Source: Octopus vulgaris
Taxonomy: Eukaryota
Length of the DNA: 64,000 nt
Assembly: GCA_951406725.2 (NCBI GenBank)
Contig: OX597814.1
Coordinates: 201,562,001 to 201,626,000 of the forward strand
Direction: 5' to 3'
A model generated the notes under the pieces. It had not been told where the DNA came from, ran no database searches, and saw only the letters and a program-made list of their open reading frames with translations. The position numbers and the translations under genes were made by a program. Positions 1-12,018 of this stretch are shown here, in pieces (positions within the stretch are counted from its first letter, which is position 1; the number at the start of each line of letters is the position of its first letter).

Positions 1-135
1 ACTCCATGTTCAAACCCATGATAGCCTGTAAAAGAAACATTAATGTTATTGATTAATATTGTTCTATTAAATTTATTAATTACTATAATTTTATTAAATT
101 TACTTTGGAGCTTTATATTCTCTAATTGAGTACAG

Positions 136-197
136 ATCCGTGTCAAGATGCAATGAACTAGATTGTCCCTTGCATGACCATGAAGTTCTGACAAGAG
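136..197 (+). CDS. Candidate isolated internal exon (SVSRCNELDCPLHDHEVLTR), product unknown
   Basis: TACAG acceptor, AG|GTAAGG donor, one open frame, non-repetitive context. No recognisable domain. Confidence 0.3.
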
Positions 198-752
198 GTA
201 AGGTGACACACTGGTTGAATAATGCTTTGTTGTCATGTCTATGTATTCTCTCAGGTAACACCTTATATTATGGCCAACACAACACAATCATATCTTATAA
301 CTCACTTACACATACTCATAGTTTCTCTGCAGGGTAAATTATATTAAAGAAATGTTTGACACCACAAAATGCATAATATCACAATGTATGAAAGTTAAGG
401 AGATAGACAAAGAACATGCTGTCTCTCACTCCTGTTTAGAAGTTACATACATATACACACACACACATACACACACACATATCGTTGCTATTATGTTAAA
501 CTGTCGTATGTATTTTTTTTTCTTCTCAACATTTAATATTGCTTGCAATAGCAGTTTCTTTTGCTCAAACTCTCATATCGCCCATTGCTTCAGAGGCCAA
601 GATATGAAAATTGTCAAAGTCTAGTACAACAGTTTAGCATTTTTCAAAAAGTGTAGTAAGTCTCATATATGACAGTTTTGCAAAAATATTTCTGGCTGAA
701 AATATCTGACATACATGGAGTTACAATTTTATGCATAAAACAAAGAAATATT

Positions 753-960
753 GGACTATAGTTTCAAGGTAATTACCTTGAAACTATAGTCCGTATATAG
801 TACTTAGGTCTTCAAGGGAGGATGACCTCCCTTTGCAAATAACACAAGGGCACTGAGATAGTGTCTAAAGTCCATCTGGTGACGTTGATCGTCTGGGGCT
901 AAAAGCATCAGTAACACCCCACCCCCAGTGGCTAGCCACATTCAGATGGCTAGTACACCT
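753..960 (+). mobile_element. Penelope/retrozyme-like remnant: perfect 40-bp palindrome containing a hammerhead 3' half, followed by a hairpin module
   Basis: GGACTATAGTTTCAAGGT-AATT-ACCTTGAAACTATAGTCC (753-792) contains GAAAC-TATA-GTC. Downstream hairpins resemble 27095-27195. Confidence 0.55.
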
Positions 961-1479
961 TACATTGTCGAGCGGTTACTGTTTATATCTTGTTCAGAGA
1001 TTTATTATTGCTTTCAGACAGTTTTTCTAAATCAGTGACAGTGGTTGCTGTGAAAAACGTTATATATTATTTGAAAGAAATATTGTTAAGTTGGAACTGT
1101 TGCTAATGTAAAAAAATTGGATGGTGAAATTATTTTTTGTTTTCTGAAAAAGCAACATTTTGGACTTACGACACTTTTGCATAATAGCAACAGGGTATAA
1201 ACAGATTGAACGTTCAAAGAATTAAGGTAATTAAATATACTCCCTGTCGTTCAGCTATAATCAGATTCAGCTGAAGGTTTTCTTTCTTTCTCCTTGTATT
1301 GCAAATTACTTGGTGACCTTACAAGTGCTGGTGTCATGAAAAGAAAAAGCATCCAGTACACATTGTGAAGTGGTTGGTGTTAGGAAGGTTATCCAGCCAT
1401 AGGAACCATGTCATTGGAGTTCAGTGACAGGTTGGGTTGGATCCTATCAAACCATCCAACCCATGGCAGCATCAAAATT

Positions 1480-1703
1480 GATGATGATGATGATGGCGGT
1501 GGTGGTGATAGTGGTAATGGTGGTGATGATGGTGATGATGGTGGTGATAATGGTGATGATGGTGATAATGATGGTGGTGATAGTGGTGATGATGGTGGTG
1601 GTGGTGGTGGTTGTGATGATGATGATTATAATGATGATAACAATGATGATGATGACGGCAATAATAATGATGATGATGATGGTGGTGGTGGTGGTGATGA
1701 TGG
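1480..1703. repeat. (GAT/GGT)n microsatellite
   Basis: Read directly; explains the poly-D/G and poly-M/V ORFs. Confidence 0.95.
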
Positions 1704-1819
1704 TTGCTTATTCTACGATGTACAAAACTACATGAATGATAACATATCCCAGAGATCTAAATGCTTCGAAGATTTTCAGTGATTGGTTCTTCCTTTCTAT
1801 TTTAAAGTCAGTTTCTTCT

Positions 1820-2337
1820 CCTACTTTCTATTTGCTTCAGCCAGTGGATGGCGCCCATGCTGGGGCACCTGCTTGAAGGGCTCAATCAAGCAAATTGACT
1901 CAAGTGCTTATTTTTTAATACCAGATTTAGAAATAAGTCTGACACTGATTTCATAGGATGTAAACAAACCAACACCAGTGGAAAAACGTTTGGGTGGGGG
2001 GCAAAGACAAGCACAAAGACATATACATTCACACATACACACACACACACACATATACAACAGGCTTTCAGACAGTTTCTGTCGACCAGCTTCCATCACA
2101 AAACAGTCAGCCTGGGGCTATAATCCTTTCTACTATAGGCACAAGGCCTGAAATTTGGGGAAGGGGATAGTCAATTACATCAACCCCAGTGTTTCACCGG
2201 TACTTAATTTATCGACCCCAAAAGGATGAAAGACAAAGCCAGTCTTGGTGGAATTTGAACTTAGAACGTAGCAACGGGTGAAATACCGCTAAGCATTCCA
2301 TCCAGCTTGCTAACGATTCTGCCAGCTCACAGCCTTC

Positions 2338-2374
<37 letters not shown>

Positions 2375-2845
2375 TCTACAGCACAAGGCCTGAAATTTGA
2401 GGAAGGGGGATAGTCGATTACCTCAACCCCAGTACTCAAACTGGTACTTAATTTATCGACCCTGAAAGGATGAAAGGCAAAGTTGACCTCGACGGAATTT
2501 GAACTCAGAATGTAAAGACAGATGAAATACCTATTTCTTTACTACCCACAAGGAGCTACACACAGAGAGGACGAACAAGGACAGACAAACGGATTAAGTC
2601 GATTATATCGACCCCAGTGCGTAACTGGTACTTATTTAATCAACCCCAAAAGGATGAAAGGAAAAGTTGGCCTTGGTGGCAGACAAAATACTGCTAAGCA
2701 TTTTGCCTGGCATGCTAACGTTTCTGCCTGCTCGTCATCTTCAACCTGGGGCTATAATAGGAGACACAACCCATGGTGTTGTGCAGTGGGATTGAACCTA
2801 AAACTTCATGGTTACAAAGCGATCTTCTTAACCACACTAGCAATC
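1820..2845 (-). mobile_element. Degenerate SINE-A interrupted by three partial SINE-B copies (about 2124-2740)
   Basis: SINE-A tail at 1820-2123 and head at about 2745-2845. ATCGACCCC..AAGGATGAAAGGCAAAG-type blocks repeat in between. Confidence 0.8.
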
Positions 2846-3536
2846 TATACATTTATTTACATAAATTTCTGTTTTCATATCTAAAATGACCAGAATTTAA
2901 TAACCATAGAAGAAATTTCCTTTCCATCAACTTAAATTATTGCAAAGTTATTCCAAGACACTTTTTATTTCTGTTTACCACCACCACCAACGACGACGAC
3001 CACCACCTTTGCTATGGTCAGTGTGAAGAATGGTAACAAGGTAAGGAAGTTTATTAACCTGTGGGAATTTACTGTCCCTCAGGCTATGTAAATATTGTCT
3101 GCCATTTCCTTTGTTGGAAGCAAAAATATTGAATATAGTCTCATAGGTGCGAGAGTAAGTGTGTAATGAAATTTATTGAAAACTAAAATGTGTTCAGTTG
3201 TTCATAGCTTGGGGGATATAAAAAAAAAAAAAAGAATTCATAGAGGTCAAATAAGCATTTTCTATGTAAATTATATTTTGGGGGTAAGTTAAATATGACA
3301 TTAAATCGGAAAAATAATTTTGGAAACTGTTGCGAAGAATTGCAAAAAAAAAATAATAAAAATAAAAACAAAATAAAATAAAAACTAATTAAAAAGAAAA
3401 GTTATGAATTCATGAATCCATTAAGGTTATTGAAATGCATATAAATATAATCACAACCAGATACATACGCACACGCATACATACAAATATACATATGTAC
3501 ACACCACAAACACACACATATGTATACGTATATATC

Positions 3537-3576
<40 letters not shown>

Positions 3577-3787
3577 CATCATCATCACCATCGTTGTTTA
3601 ACATCCACCTTCCACACTGGCATGGGAGGAAGGATGTCTGTGAGCATGTGTGTATGCATGTGTGTGTACATATCTATGAATATACAAATAGATATCTATG
3701 TAAATATGTTTGTGTATGTATGTGTATATAAAAAAATACACATACATACATACATAATAACTATATACACACACACACAACTTAAAT

Positions 3788-4216
3788 TTGATAACTTTGG
3801 CCAGTATAGGCCTAGGCCATGTCTAACTTAATAGCACCACCTGGCGAAGTCTTTGAGTCATATATGGGGTACCAAGGCCCACTCTAACAAAGAGTTATTA
3901 TTGTTGGAGACATATCCGGGTGTAGGAGGTTGGTTTGGGATTTTCTGAAGAAATTTGTGCAGTGAACATTTGAATTTTATGGGATCCGTTTCCGTTTTGA
4001 CGTATTTTGGTATGGTATTAAAGAGAGCTGAACCGGTTGAGGTAAAGTAATTGTGATGTAATGTTGCTATGTGTCCTGAGTTTGATTTTTGTAGTGGGCA
4101 GACAGCACGGGGGTCAAGCCTTGGGTGGATTTTAAAATTGATGCCAGCATCATTTGTGCAAATATTAATGGAATATTTTCCACATCACACAAATGATGTA
4201 GCACTCCCAGTGGTGT
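3788..4216 (-). mobile_element. CR1-clade LINE 3' fragment (same family as 18075-18930)
   Basis: Reverse complement aligns by eye with 18490-18930, including the 3' UTR and a CAAAG(T/A)TATCAAA tail. Confidence 0.85.
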
Positions 4217-4305
4217 TAAACACACCGGGATACATGCATACACAACATAGTTACATACATATATATTTGTATATACATACATATGTACACACACCCATAC
4301 TTACC

Positions 4306-4383
<78 letters not shown>

Positions 4384-4384
4384 T

Positions 4385-4700
4385 CGGCAGCGGCAGCTGC
4401 TACAGCTTGTATCTGAGCACTGGGTTCATCAGTTTCCATCCAGTCTCCTGTAATTTGGAGTCCAAGTCGGTGGTGAAAGAGTCATGGGTAGTATTCAAAT
4501 AGGATGGTCGGTGTGAGTCGAGGGTGTTTAAGACACACCTTTCTTCTCCTGTATTTTACCTCCTCATTCCGTTGTCTGTTCTGCTTGAAGGAACTGGCTC
4601 CATTGCAGATAGCAGTCCTCCATGCTGTCATATCCATGGTATTCTGTTCCCATGAGGATGGCTGGATGTTAGTTTGAGCGAGGGTCCATTTGAGCCAGGG
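4385..4700 (-). mobile_element. RTE-clade LINE C-terminal fragment
   Basis: Translation ..SSWEQNTMDMTAWRTAICNGASSFKQNRQRNEEVKYRRRK resembles the RTE/BovB C-terminus. Confidence 0.7.
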
Positions 4701-4727
4701 TTCATATATATACACAAATACAAAGAT

Positions 4728-5212
4728 ACATACATGCCTACATACATACATTTATAAATACATACATACATACATACATTTATACATCCATCCCTCCAAC
4801 CATACATACATACATTTATACATTTATACATACATCCATCCATTCATACATACATGCATACATACATACATTTATACATTTATACATACATACATACATC
4901 CATACATACATACATCTATACATACATACATGCATCCATCAATCCATTCATACATACGTACATGCATACATACATTCATTTATACATTTATACATACATA
5001 TATATGTACATACATACATACATCCATACATACATACATTTATACATTTATACATACATTTATACATACATTTATACATACATATATACATCCATACATA
5101 CATACATTTATACATTTATGCATGCATACATACATCCGTCCATACATACATCCATACATCCATACATACATACATACATTTATACATACATACATACATA
5201 CATTTATACACA
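4728..5212. repeat. Degenerate (CATA)n tract
   Basis: Read directly. Confidence 0.95.
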
Positions 5213-5763
5213 ACATATGTATGTATGCCTTGAATGTTTTATTTTAACATTGAAGATGATTATTGTTAAAGCTTACAAAAAAAAAAAAAAACAGAAATTA
5301 ATTTTTAAAACTTTTTTCCCATTTTTACATATTTTTTTTTCTCTCTGACCTGAACTATAAATTGATATACTAATAAGCTGGTATTGTTCGACGCTTCATT
5401 TGTATATATTTGAATATAGATATGTCTTAGATATATAAGTTAACTTTCAGGAAATGTAGCATCAACATAGACATACAGAGGAAATGAAGAGAAAAAAAAA
5501 AAGAAAGATTGCCCGGTGAGAATTGGATTTGCATCAGCTATATTTCTTGTTAAATTGCTTTACACTATATTAAATTAAAAGTTTACATTACAAGTTAAAA
5601 TCAAAATATCTTGAGAATATATATATGCGTTCGTGGTGTGTGAGTTTATAAATAATTTATATACTATCTACTGTAATAACAAAATTTTGAAATTATCTGA
5701 TAAACACACACATGTATATATATATATGTGTGTGTGTGTCTCTATCTCTCTCTCTCTCTCTCT

Positions 5764-5818
<55 letters not shown>

Positions 5819-5883
5819 TTATATATATATATATATATCACATCAACCTATATATATATATATATATATATATCACATCAACC

Positions 5884-5922
<39 letters not shown>

Positions 5923-5929
5923 GTATACA

Positions 5930-5965
<36 letters not shown>

Positions 5966-6479
5966 TGTATGTATGTGTATATATATATATATATATATGC
6001 AAGCAACAAATATATGTGTTTCCAAGTGCATGTATACACATGATAATTTTTATAAGCAATCACATTATAGCTGCTTTGACTGAAGGCTATAGGTGATCGT
6101 TCATATAAATAAATGTATATTAACTCTACATTAACTTTCATGTCAAATGTATTGGGTACAACCTTAGAAACTGTCACCATTATTCCCTTTAATCATGTTG
6201 AGGGCAGGATTGGGTTTATCTGCCACACTCTACAAAGAGTAAATTCATAAGGAGCTGTTAGTCTTTTTGAGGGCACGAAACCCCACCTAGTACTGGTGAC
6301 ATGATAAGAAGCACTCAGTACATTCTGTAAAGGGGTTGGTTCTAGGAAGGGCATCCAGCTATAGTAACAATGAGAAAAATTAAGTATGAGTAGGATGAGA
6401 TCCCTCGACCCATTTATGTGAGAAGTACAACATGGAAAATGGATCTTAAGCAATGACGATGAGGACAACGATGATGATG

Positions 6480-6735
6480 ATGATCATCATCATCATCCTC
6501 ATCGTTTAACGTCCACTTTCCATGCTGTCATGGGTTGGATGGTTTGACTGAGGACTGGTGAACCAGATGGCTGCACCAGGTTCCAATCTGATCTGGCAAA
6601 GTTTCTACAGCTGGATGCCCTTCCTAACACCAACCACTCTGAGAGTGTAGTGGGTGCTTTTACATGACACCAACATGAGGGCCAATCAGACAGTTCTGGC
6701 AACGACCACACTCAAAAGGTGTTTTTTTACATGTT
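6480..6735 (-). mobile_element. Repeat D (RTE 3' UTR-derived, (GAT)n tail)
   Basis: CATCGTTTAACGTCC..TTTCTACAGCTGGATGCCCTTCCTAAC block recurs at least 12 times. It is continuous with RTE coding remnants at 28060-28560 and 58225-59640. Confidence 0.8.
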
Positions 6736-7396
6736 ACCTAATGATTGTGTATATTTCTCTCTGTGTTTGTGAGCATGCATGTGTGTGTATGTGTGTGTAT
6801 GTGTGCATGTGTGTTCGTGTGTGTGTGTGCATGCGTGCATGTGTATGTGAATGTCTTAAATACTCTTTTGCTTGTTTCCATCATTGGATTGTAGCTAAGC
6901 TAGAACACCACCATAGACATGATTGCTATTTTTACTCAAAGTTATGAATAACAACCGCTGGTCAAATTTAGTAGTTGTGTTTTGTGAAATTCTTTGGGAC
7001 ATATATACTGTTTAACAAAATACTAACATTACAGATGAAAGGTTTTCTTTACACTTCATCGATTGTGCTTTGTTTTTATCATTTTTGGAAATATTTTCTG
7101 CTTCAGATGAAGATGTTTTGTTTCTCAAATTGTTGAGAAATGTTTTTTTTATGGTCCATTAGTTCCCTACCTGGTATATTGTTTTTATAGTTAAGTAGTT
7201 GTTGGTGGATAGCTTTAAGGTAATCATCCCTTACCAAGGAAAGTAACACAAAATAATAGAAACCTAGTTGTCATAGACAACATCTCTATACCATCCCTGA
7301 AAACAAGAAACCTACCAATCAAAGCAAAATACATAGAAAAACAAATATTTGGACACCAATGAATATAATATACATATTTATTTATAGTTATTGCAG

Positions 7397-7441
7397 TTCT
7401 TGCCTGATGATCCCCTTAGCATGAAACTTAAGTTGCAAGAA
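7397..7441 (+). ncRNA. Minimal type-I hammerhead ribozyme motif (stem II eroded)
   Basis: TTCTTGC-CTGATGA-tccccttagcat-GAAAC-TTAA-GTT-GCAAGAA: 7-bp stem I, canonical core, palindromic loop 3. Confidence 0.7.
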
Positions 7442-8209
7442 GTTAAGTTTCATGCTACAGCTAAATTAACATTATTTTTTGCAAGCATTTTGATCTAAAA
7501 CTGTGTTTACAGTGTTGATACATTTGTAAAGTATGATACTTAGAGAGCTATTTTAATCTAAACCTACTTCAATTGTGTACACTGAAATTTTATTCAGATC
7601 TGCTGCTATTCACAATACCAGAGCATCCATTATTCCCTATTTTCTATTTCAGAGACACCAGATTTCGTTGATCTTTACATCTGAGTTCAAATTCTGTCAA
7701 GGTCGACTTTACCTTTCATCCTTTCGGGGTCGATAAATTAAGTACCAATTGTGTACTGGGGTCAGTCTAATCGATTGGCATGGGTTGGACGGTTCATCTG
7801 GGGTCTTGGAAGCCAGGAGGCTGCACCGGGCCCCAATCTGATCTGGTAGTGTTTCTACAGCTGGATGCCCTTCCTAAAGCCAACCACTCCAAGAGTGTAG
7901 TGGATACTTTTTATGTGCCACTGGCACAGGGGTCAGAGGATCTGGCATCGACCACAATCGGATAGTGCTTTTTATGTGCCACCAGCACAGAAACCAGTCA
8001 AAGCAACACTGGAATTGGTCACGTTCAGATGGTGCTTTTTATGTGCTACCAGCACAAGGGTCACAACTACAATTTCCAATATAAATATTTTTTGTTGTAT
8101 TCTATTTTCCCTGTTTATTTATTCCTTGCTCTCTTTTCAACATATTAAAAAGGTTTATGTTGTAAGGATTTTGCCAAGTTGACTCTGGCATTCAGTCCAT
8201 GTAAATGTG

Positions 8210-8590
8210 GAGTCACAATGGCCCAGTGGTTAGAGCAGCGGACCCACAGTCATAGGATCACAGTTTCAATTCCCAGACCAGGTGTTGTGAGTGCTTATTG
8301 AGTGAAAACATCTAAAAGCTCCATGAGGCTCTAGCAGGGGGTGGTGCCATACCCTGCTGTACTCTTTAACCAAACTTTCTCTCACTCTTTCATCCTGTTT
8401 CTGTTGTACCTGTATTTAAAATGGCCAACCTTGTCACACTCTGTGTCACACTGTATCTCCTCAAGAATTACATTAAGGGTACATATGTCTGTGGAGTGCT
8501 CAGCCACTTGCACGTTAATTTCAAGATTAGGCTGTTCCATTGATTGGATCAACTGGAACCCTTGTCCTCATAACCGATGAAGTGCCATGA
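8210..8590 (+). mobile_element. SINE-C (tRNA-like head)
   Basis: A box TGGCCCAGTGG and B box GTTTCAATTCC. Other copies at 10400-10590(-), 37925-38510(-) and 62143-62306(+). Confidence 0.8.
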
Positions 8591-10011
8591 CGGAAATAAG
8601 AACATGTGCTTCAAGAGCACATGGCTTGGATTTTAACCCCATCTACATCTACATATTACTGTAAAATCTATGTATATTATTCTTGTATTCTTTTACTTGT
8701 TTCAGTCATTTGACTGCGGCCATGCTGAAGCACCACCTTTAGTCAAACGAATCAATTCCAGGGACTTATTTTTTGTAAGCATAGTACTTATTTTATCGGA
8801 TCAACTGTAACTCTTGTCGTCGTAACCGACGGAGTACCACATTTAAATATGAGAAATAATAGTTAAATTGTCACTATATTATTTTCCCCCTCGTTCTATA
8901 ATCAAGTGTATTTATTATGGCAAAATTTCATCTCTTTGTTGTGTGAAAAAAAAAACAGATAACTAAACCAAAAATTTTTTTTTTTTTTGGTTCATATTGG
9001 CAGGAACTTGTAATTAAATCAAAGCCATCTACTAAAACCTTATGTTTTACAGAAATGCAGCTATCCACTTCAGACTCAATAATCTATATTTTGGACAGCA
9101 TTAAGGATAAGACCCTATTACTTATGTTAAAAGATTTCGAAGACATTTGCCCCCTTGGAATATTCTATAAAGAATTGATGTAAAAGAAATTCCCTAGCTC
9201 TTCAGGTCAAAGGACTTATCAAATATTCTAGATTCTTTTGAAGGAAATAGTGCCGCTTTTTATTAACAAAACCAAATGTCTTTTATATTTTATTTTTTGG
9301 CTATTTAATCCAGCTGTTTCCAGCATTCTTTGTAAAGCTTCCTTTGATAAAGCACATTGATGGAATTGGAAATTGTCCAGTAATATCTTTTATTTATATT
9401 TGTTTGCTCAACTGTAACTATATTCCTCACTTCACATCAACCTAATGTGTGTAGAGCTTTCACCTAATAGTTTGATATGCAATCAGTCAATCATTCGTTG
9501 ACTCCTTTGGTATTTTCATCCCCGTTCAAGTAATCATACCTGTATCGATATTTTTACATTTAACGACTACTTCTGACCTCCTGGGTGAACCTCAGATCTT
9601 CTGAGAAAGAATAAAGACCCAGAGAATATGATGCTGGGTATCCTATTTATAAGTTCAAATCTTCCAACAGCCATATGTGTCAGGTTCCAGAACCAGCCAC
9701 ACGACTCTGCTTTTTTCATTTACTTGTATGTAAACATTATATTCCAGTCCAACTTACATTGATAAAATAAGGAAAACTAAAACTCTGTAACAAAGGTAAA
9801 TGCTTTAACAAATAAAATCTGTTAATATTTTAAGCATGGAAAACTACATATGAACCTGATAAAAATGGTGTGATAATATGTTAATAATATTGATTTTCAT
9901 ACAATAATCAATACTTGCAATGGGTATGTGATGACAGTTAAATGACACTGCGTAGAAAAGACATCATGGTCCTTATCATAATTGCTGTCATTGCCATTGT
10001 CGTGATCATTG

Positions 10012-10112
10012 TCTTCTTCTTCTTCTTCTTCTTCTTCTTCTTCTTCTTCTTCTTCTTCTTCTTCTTCTTCTTCTTCTTCTTCTTCTTCTTCTTCTTCTTC
10101 TTCTTCTTCTTC
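10012..10112. repeat. Pure (TTC)n microsatellite
   Basis: Read directly; source of the poly-E/K/F ORFs. Confidence 0.98.
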
Positions 10113-10953
10113 CAATCAGAACTTACTCCATTAGCCACAAAGAATAATCTCTAATTCGAGCCTACTCTAAGCTACTAAGAATGCATGTGGCAACTTGAAG
10201 ATCCACCCACCACACATGATAGACTGGCGGTTGCACGGGTACAAAAGCTACGTTGTTATCCTCATTCCGTAACAGTGGCTTTTTAACAGGTGGAGAGCTG
10301 AACCATCCTGGGGTACAGAGGATTCGCAATCTAGACTAGGGTCTGAAGGCTTACCACACCTTAGTGGGTTACACTATGGTTCTTCTGCTTTGTGGCAGAA
10401 GTAGGAAGAAAGAGTGAAAGAAAGTTGTAGTGAAAGAGTACAACGGGGTTCACCACCACCACCCCTGCTGGAGCCTCATAGAGCTTAGGTGTTTTTGCTC
10501 AATAAACACTCACAATGCCCGATCTGGGAATCGAAGCTGTGTTCTTATGACCGCAAGTCCGCTGCCCTAACCACTGGGCCATTGTGCCTCCACTGATCGT
10601 TGTTGTTGCTGTCATCATCGTCATCGCCATCATCATTATCATCTTCATCATCATCAGTGTACATCGATTTTTCCATGCTTGCATGGGTCAGAATTTTGTT
10701 CCTTGAGGCAGAATTTTTATGGCTGGGTAACCTCGTCACTAACAGTTAACTGTTTCCATGCAAGGCAATATTTCATCATGGCCAGAAAAGTTTCCATAGA
10801 CATCTGAGGACTGTGGGGTATCAACAACATTCATTTACAAAAATAATGCGATGTCAAGAGAAGACACACTCACACATACACATACATACATACATACATA
10901 CATACAAACATACATACATACATACGTATATACAAACATACATACATAGATAA

Positions 10954-11345
10954 GGCACAGGAGTGGCTGTGTGGTAAGTAGCTTGCTTAACAACCACATA
11001 GTTCCGGGTTCAGTCCCACTGTGTGGCACCTTGGGCAAGTGTCTTCTAGTATAGCCTCAGGCTGGCCAAATCCTTGTGAGTGGATTTGGTAGACAGAAAT
11101 TGAAAGAAGCCCATCATATATATGTATATATGTATGTGTGTGTATCTGTGTTTGCCCCCTCCAACATCGCTTGACAACCGATGCTGGTGTGTTTACGTCC
11201 CCATAACTTAGCGTTTCAGCAAAAAGACTGATAGAATAAGTACTGGGCTTACAAAGAATAAGTCCTGGAGTCAATTTGCTCAACTAAAGGTAGTGCTCCA
11301 GCATGGCCACAGTCAAATGACTGAAACAAGTAAAAGAGTAAAAGA
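10954..11345 (+). mobile_element. SINE-A, full length
   Basis: GGC(G)CAGGAGTGGCTGTGTGG head, GGTTCAGTCCC B box, internal (TA/TG)n, (GTAAAAGA)n tail. Confidence 0.9.
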
Positions 11346-11375
11346 CATACATATATGCATACATATATATGCATG

Positions 11376-11416
<41 letters not shown>

Positions 11417-11770
11417 CAAAAATTTAACTAAAAAACACAACAAATGGAAAATTTCACAAACACATAATAAATAGAAAATTCATAGCTAATTCCCTTTCAG
11501 TCAATGTACAAAAGATCATTACAATTTTGCACTTTTAACATTGATATTGTTCACTGTTTGTGGGGCCAGTGGTGAAAAGCCACTGGAAATAGCTAATCAA
11601 TGTACAGGACAATCATGAAAACAAACACAACAAAATAAAACATACATATACAACAAAAAAGCCGTGGGGCTGCAAGAGAGTTAGGTATGGGGTAACGCAA
11701 ATGCAAATGAAAATATCCTGTAGGTCTAGAGACAGAGAAAAAGTCGGAACAAAGAAAGCATTTAAGTATT

Positions 11771-11816
<46 letters not shown>

Positions 11817-11983
11817 GTAAAAAAACACAAACTGGGACAAGAACGCAAAACATTTAGAAGACGATACAAAAAACACGGACGGGACATTTGAAGCCTTCAA
11901 TCTTCAGTCAAGAACTGGATCATCCTCGTAATTTCGGCTGATTAATCTTGAGATTGCTCCGACCCGGCCAGCCCCAAAGGAAA

Positions 11984-12015
<32 letters not shown>

Positions 12016-12018
<3 letters not shown>

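Noticed and set aside
1408-1782. Asp/Gly-rich ORF and the many poly-H, poly-M, YI and HT ORFs across the window
   Set aside because: They are translations of microsatellites, open in several frames and on both strands.
11860-11990. Possible hammerhead (minus-strand CTGAAGA and CAGCCGAAA)
   Set aside because: The core halves are in the wrong order and no stem I closes; probably a repeat fragment in (TA)n.
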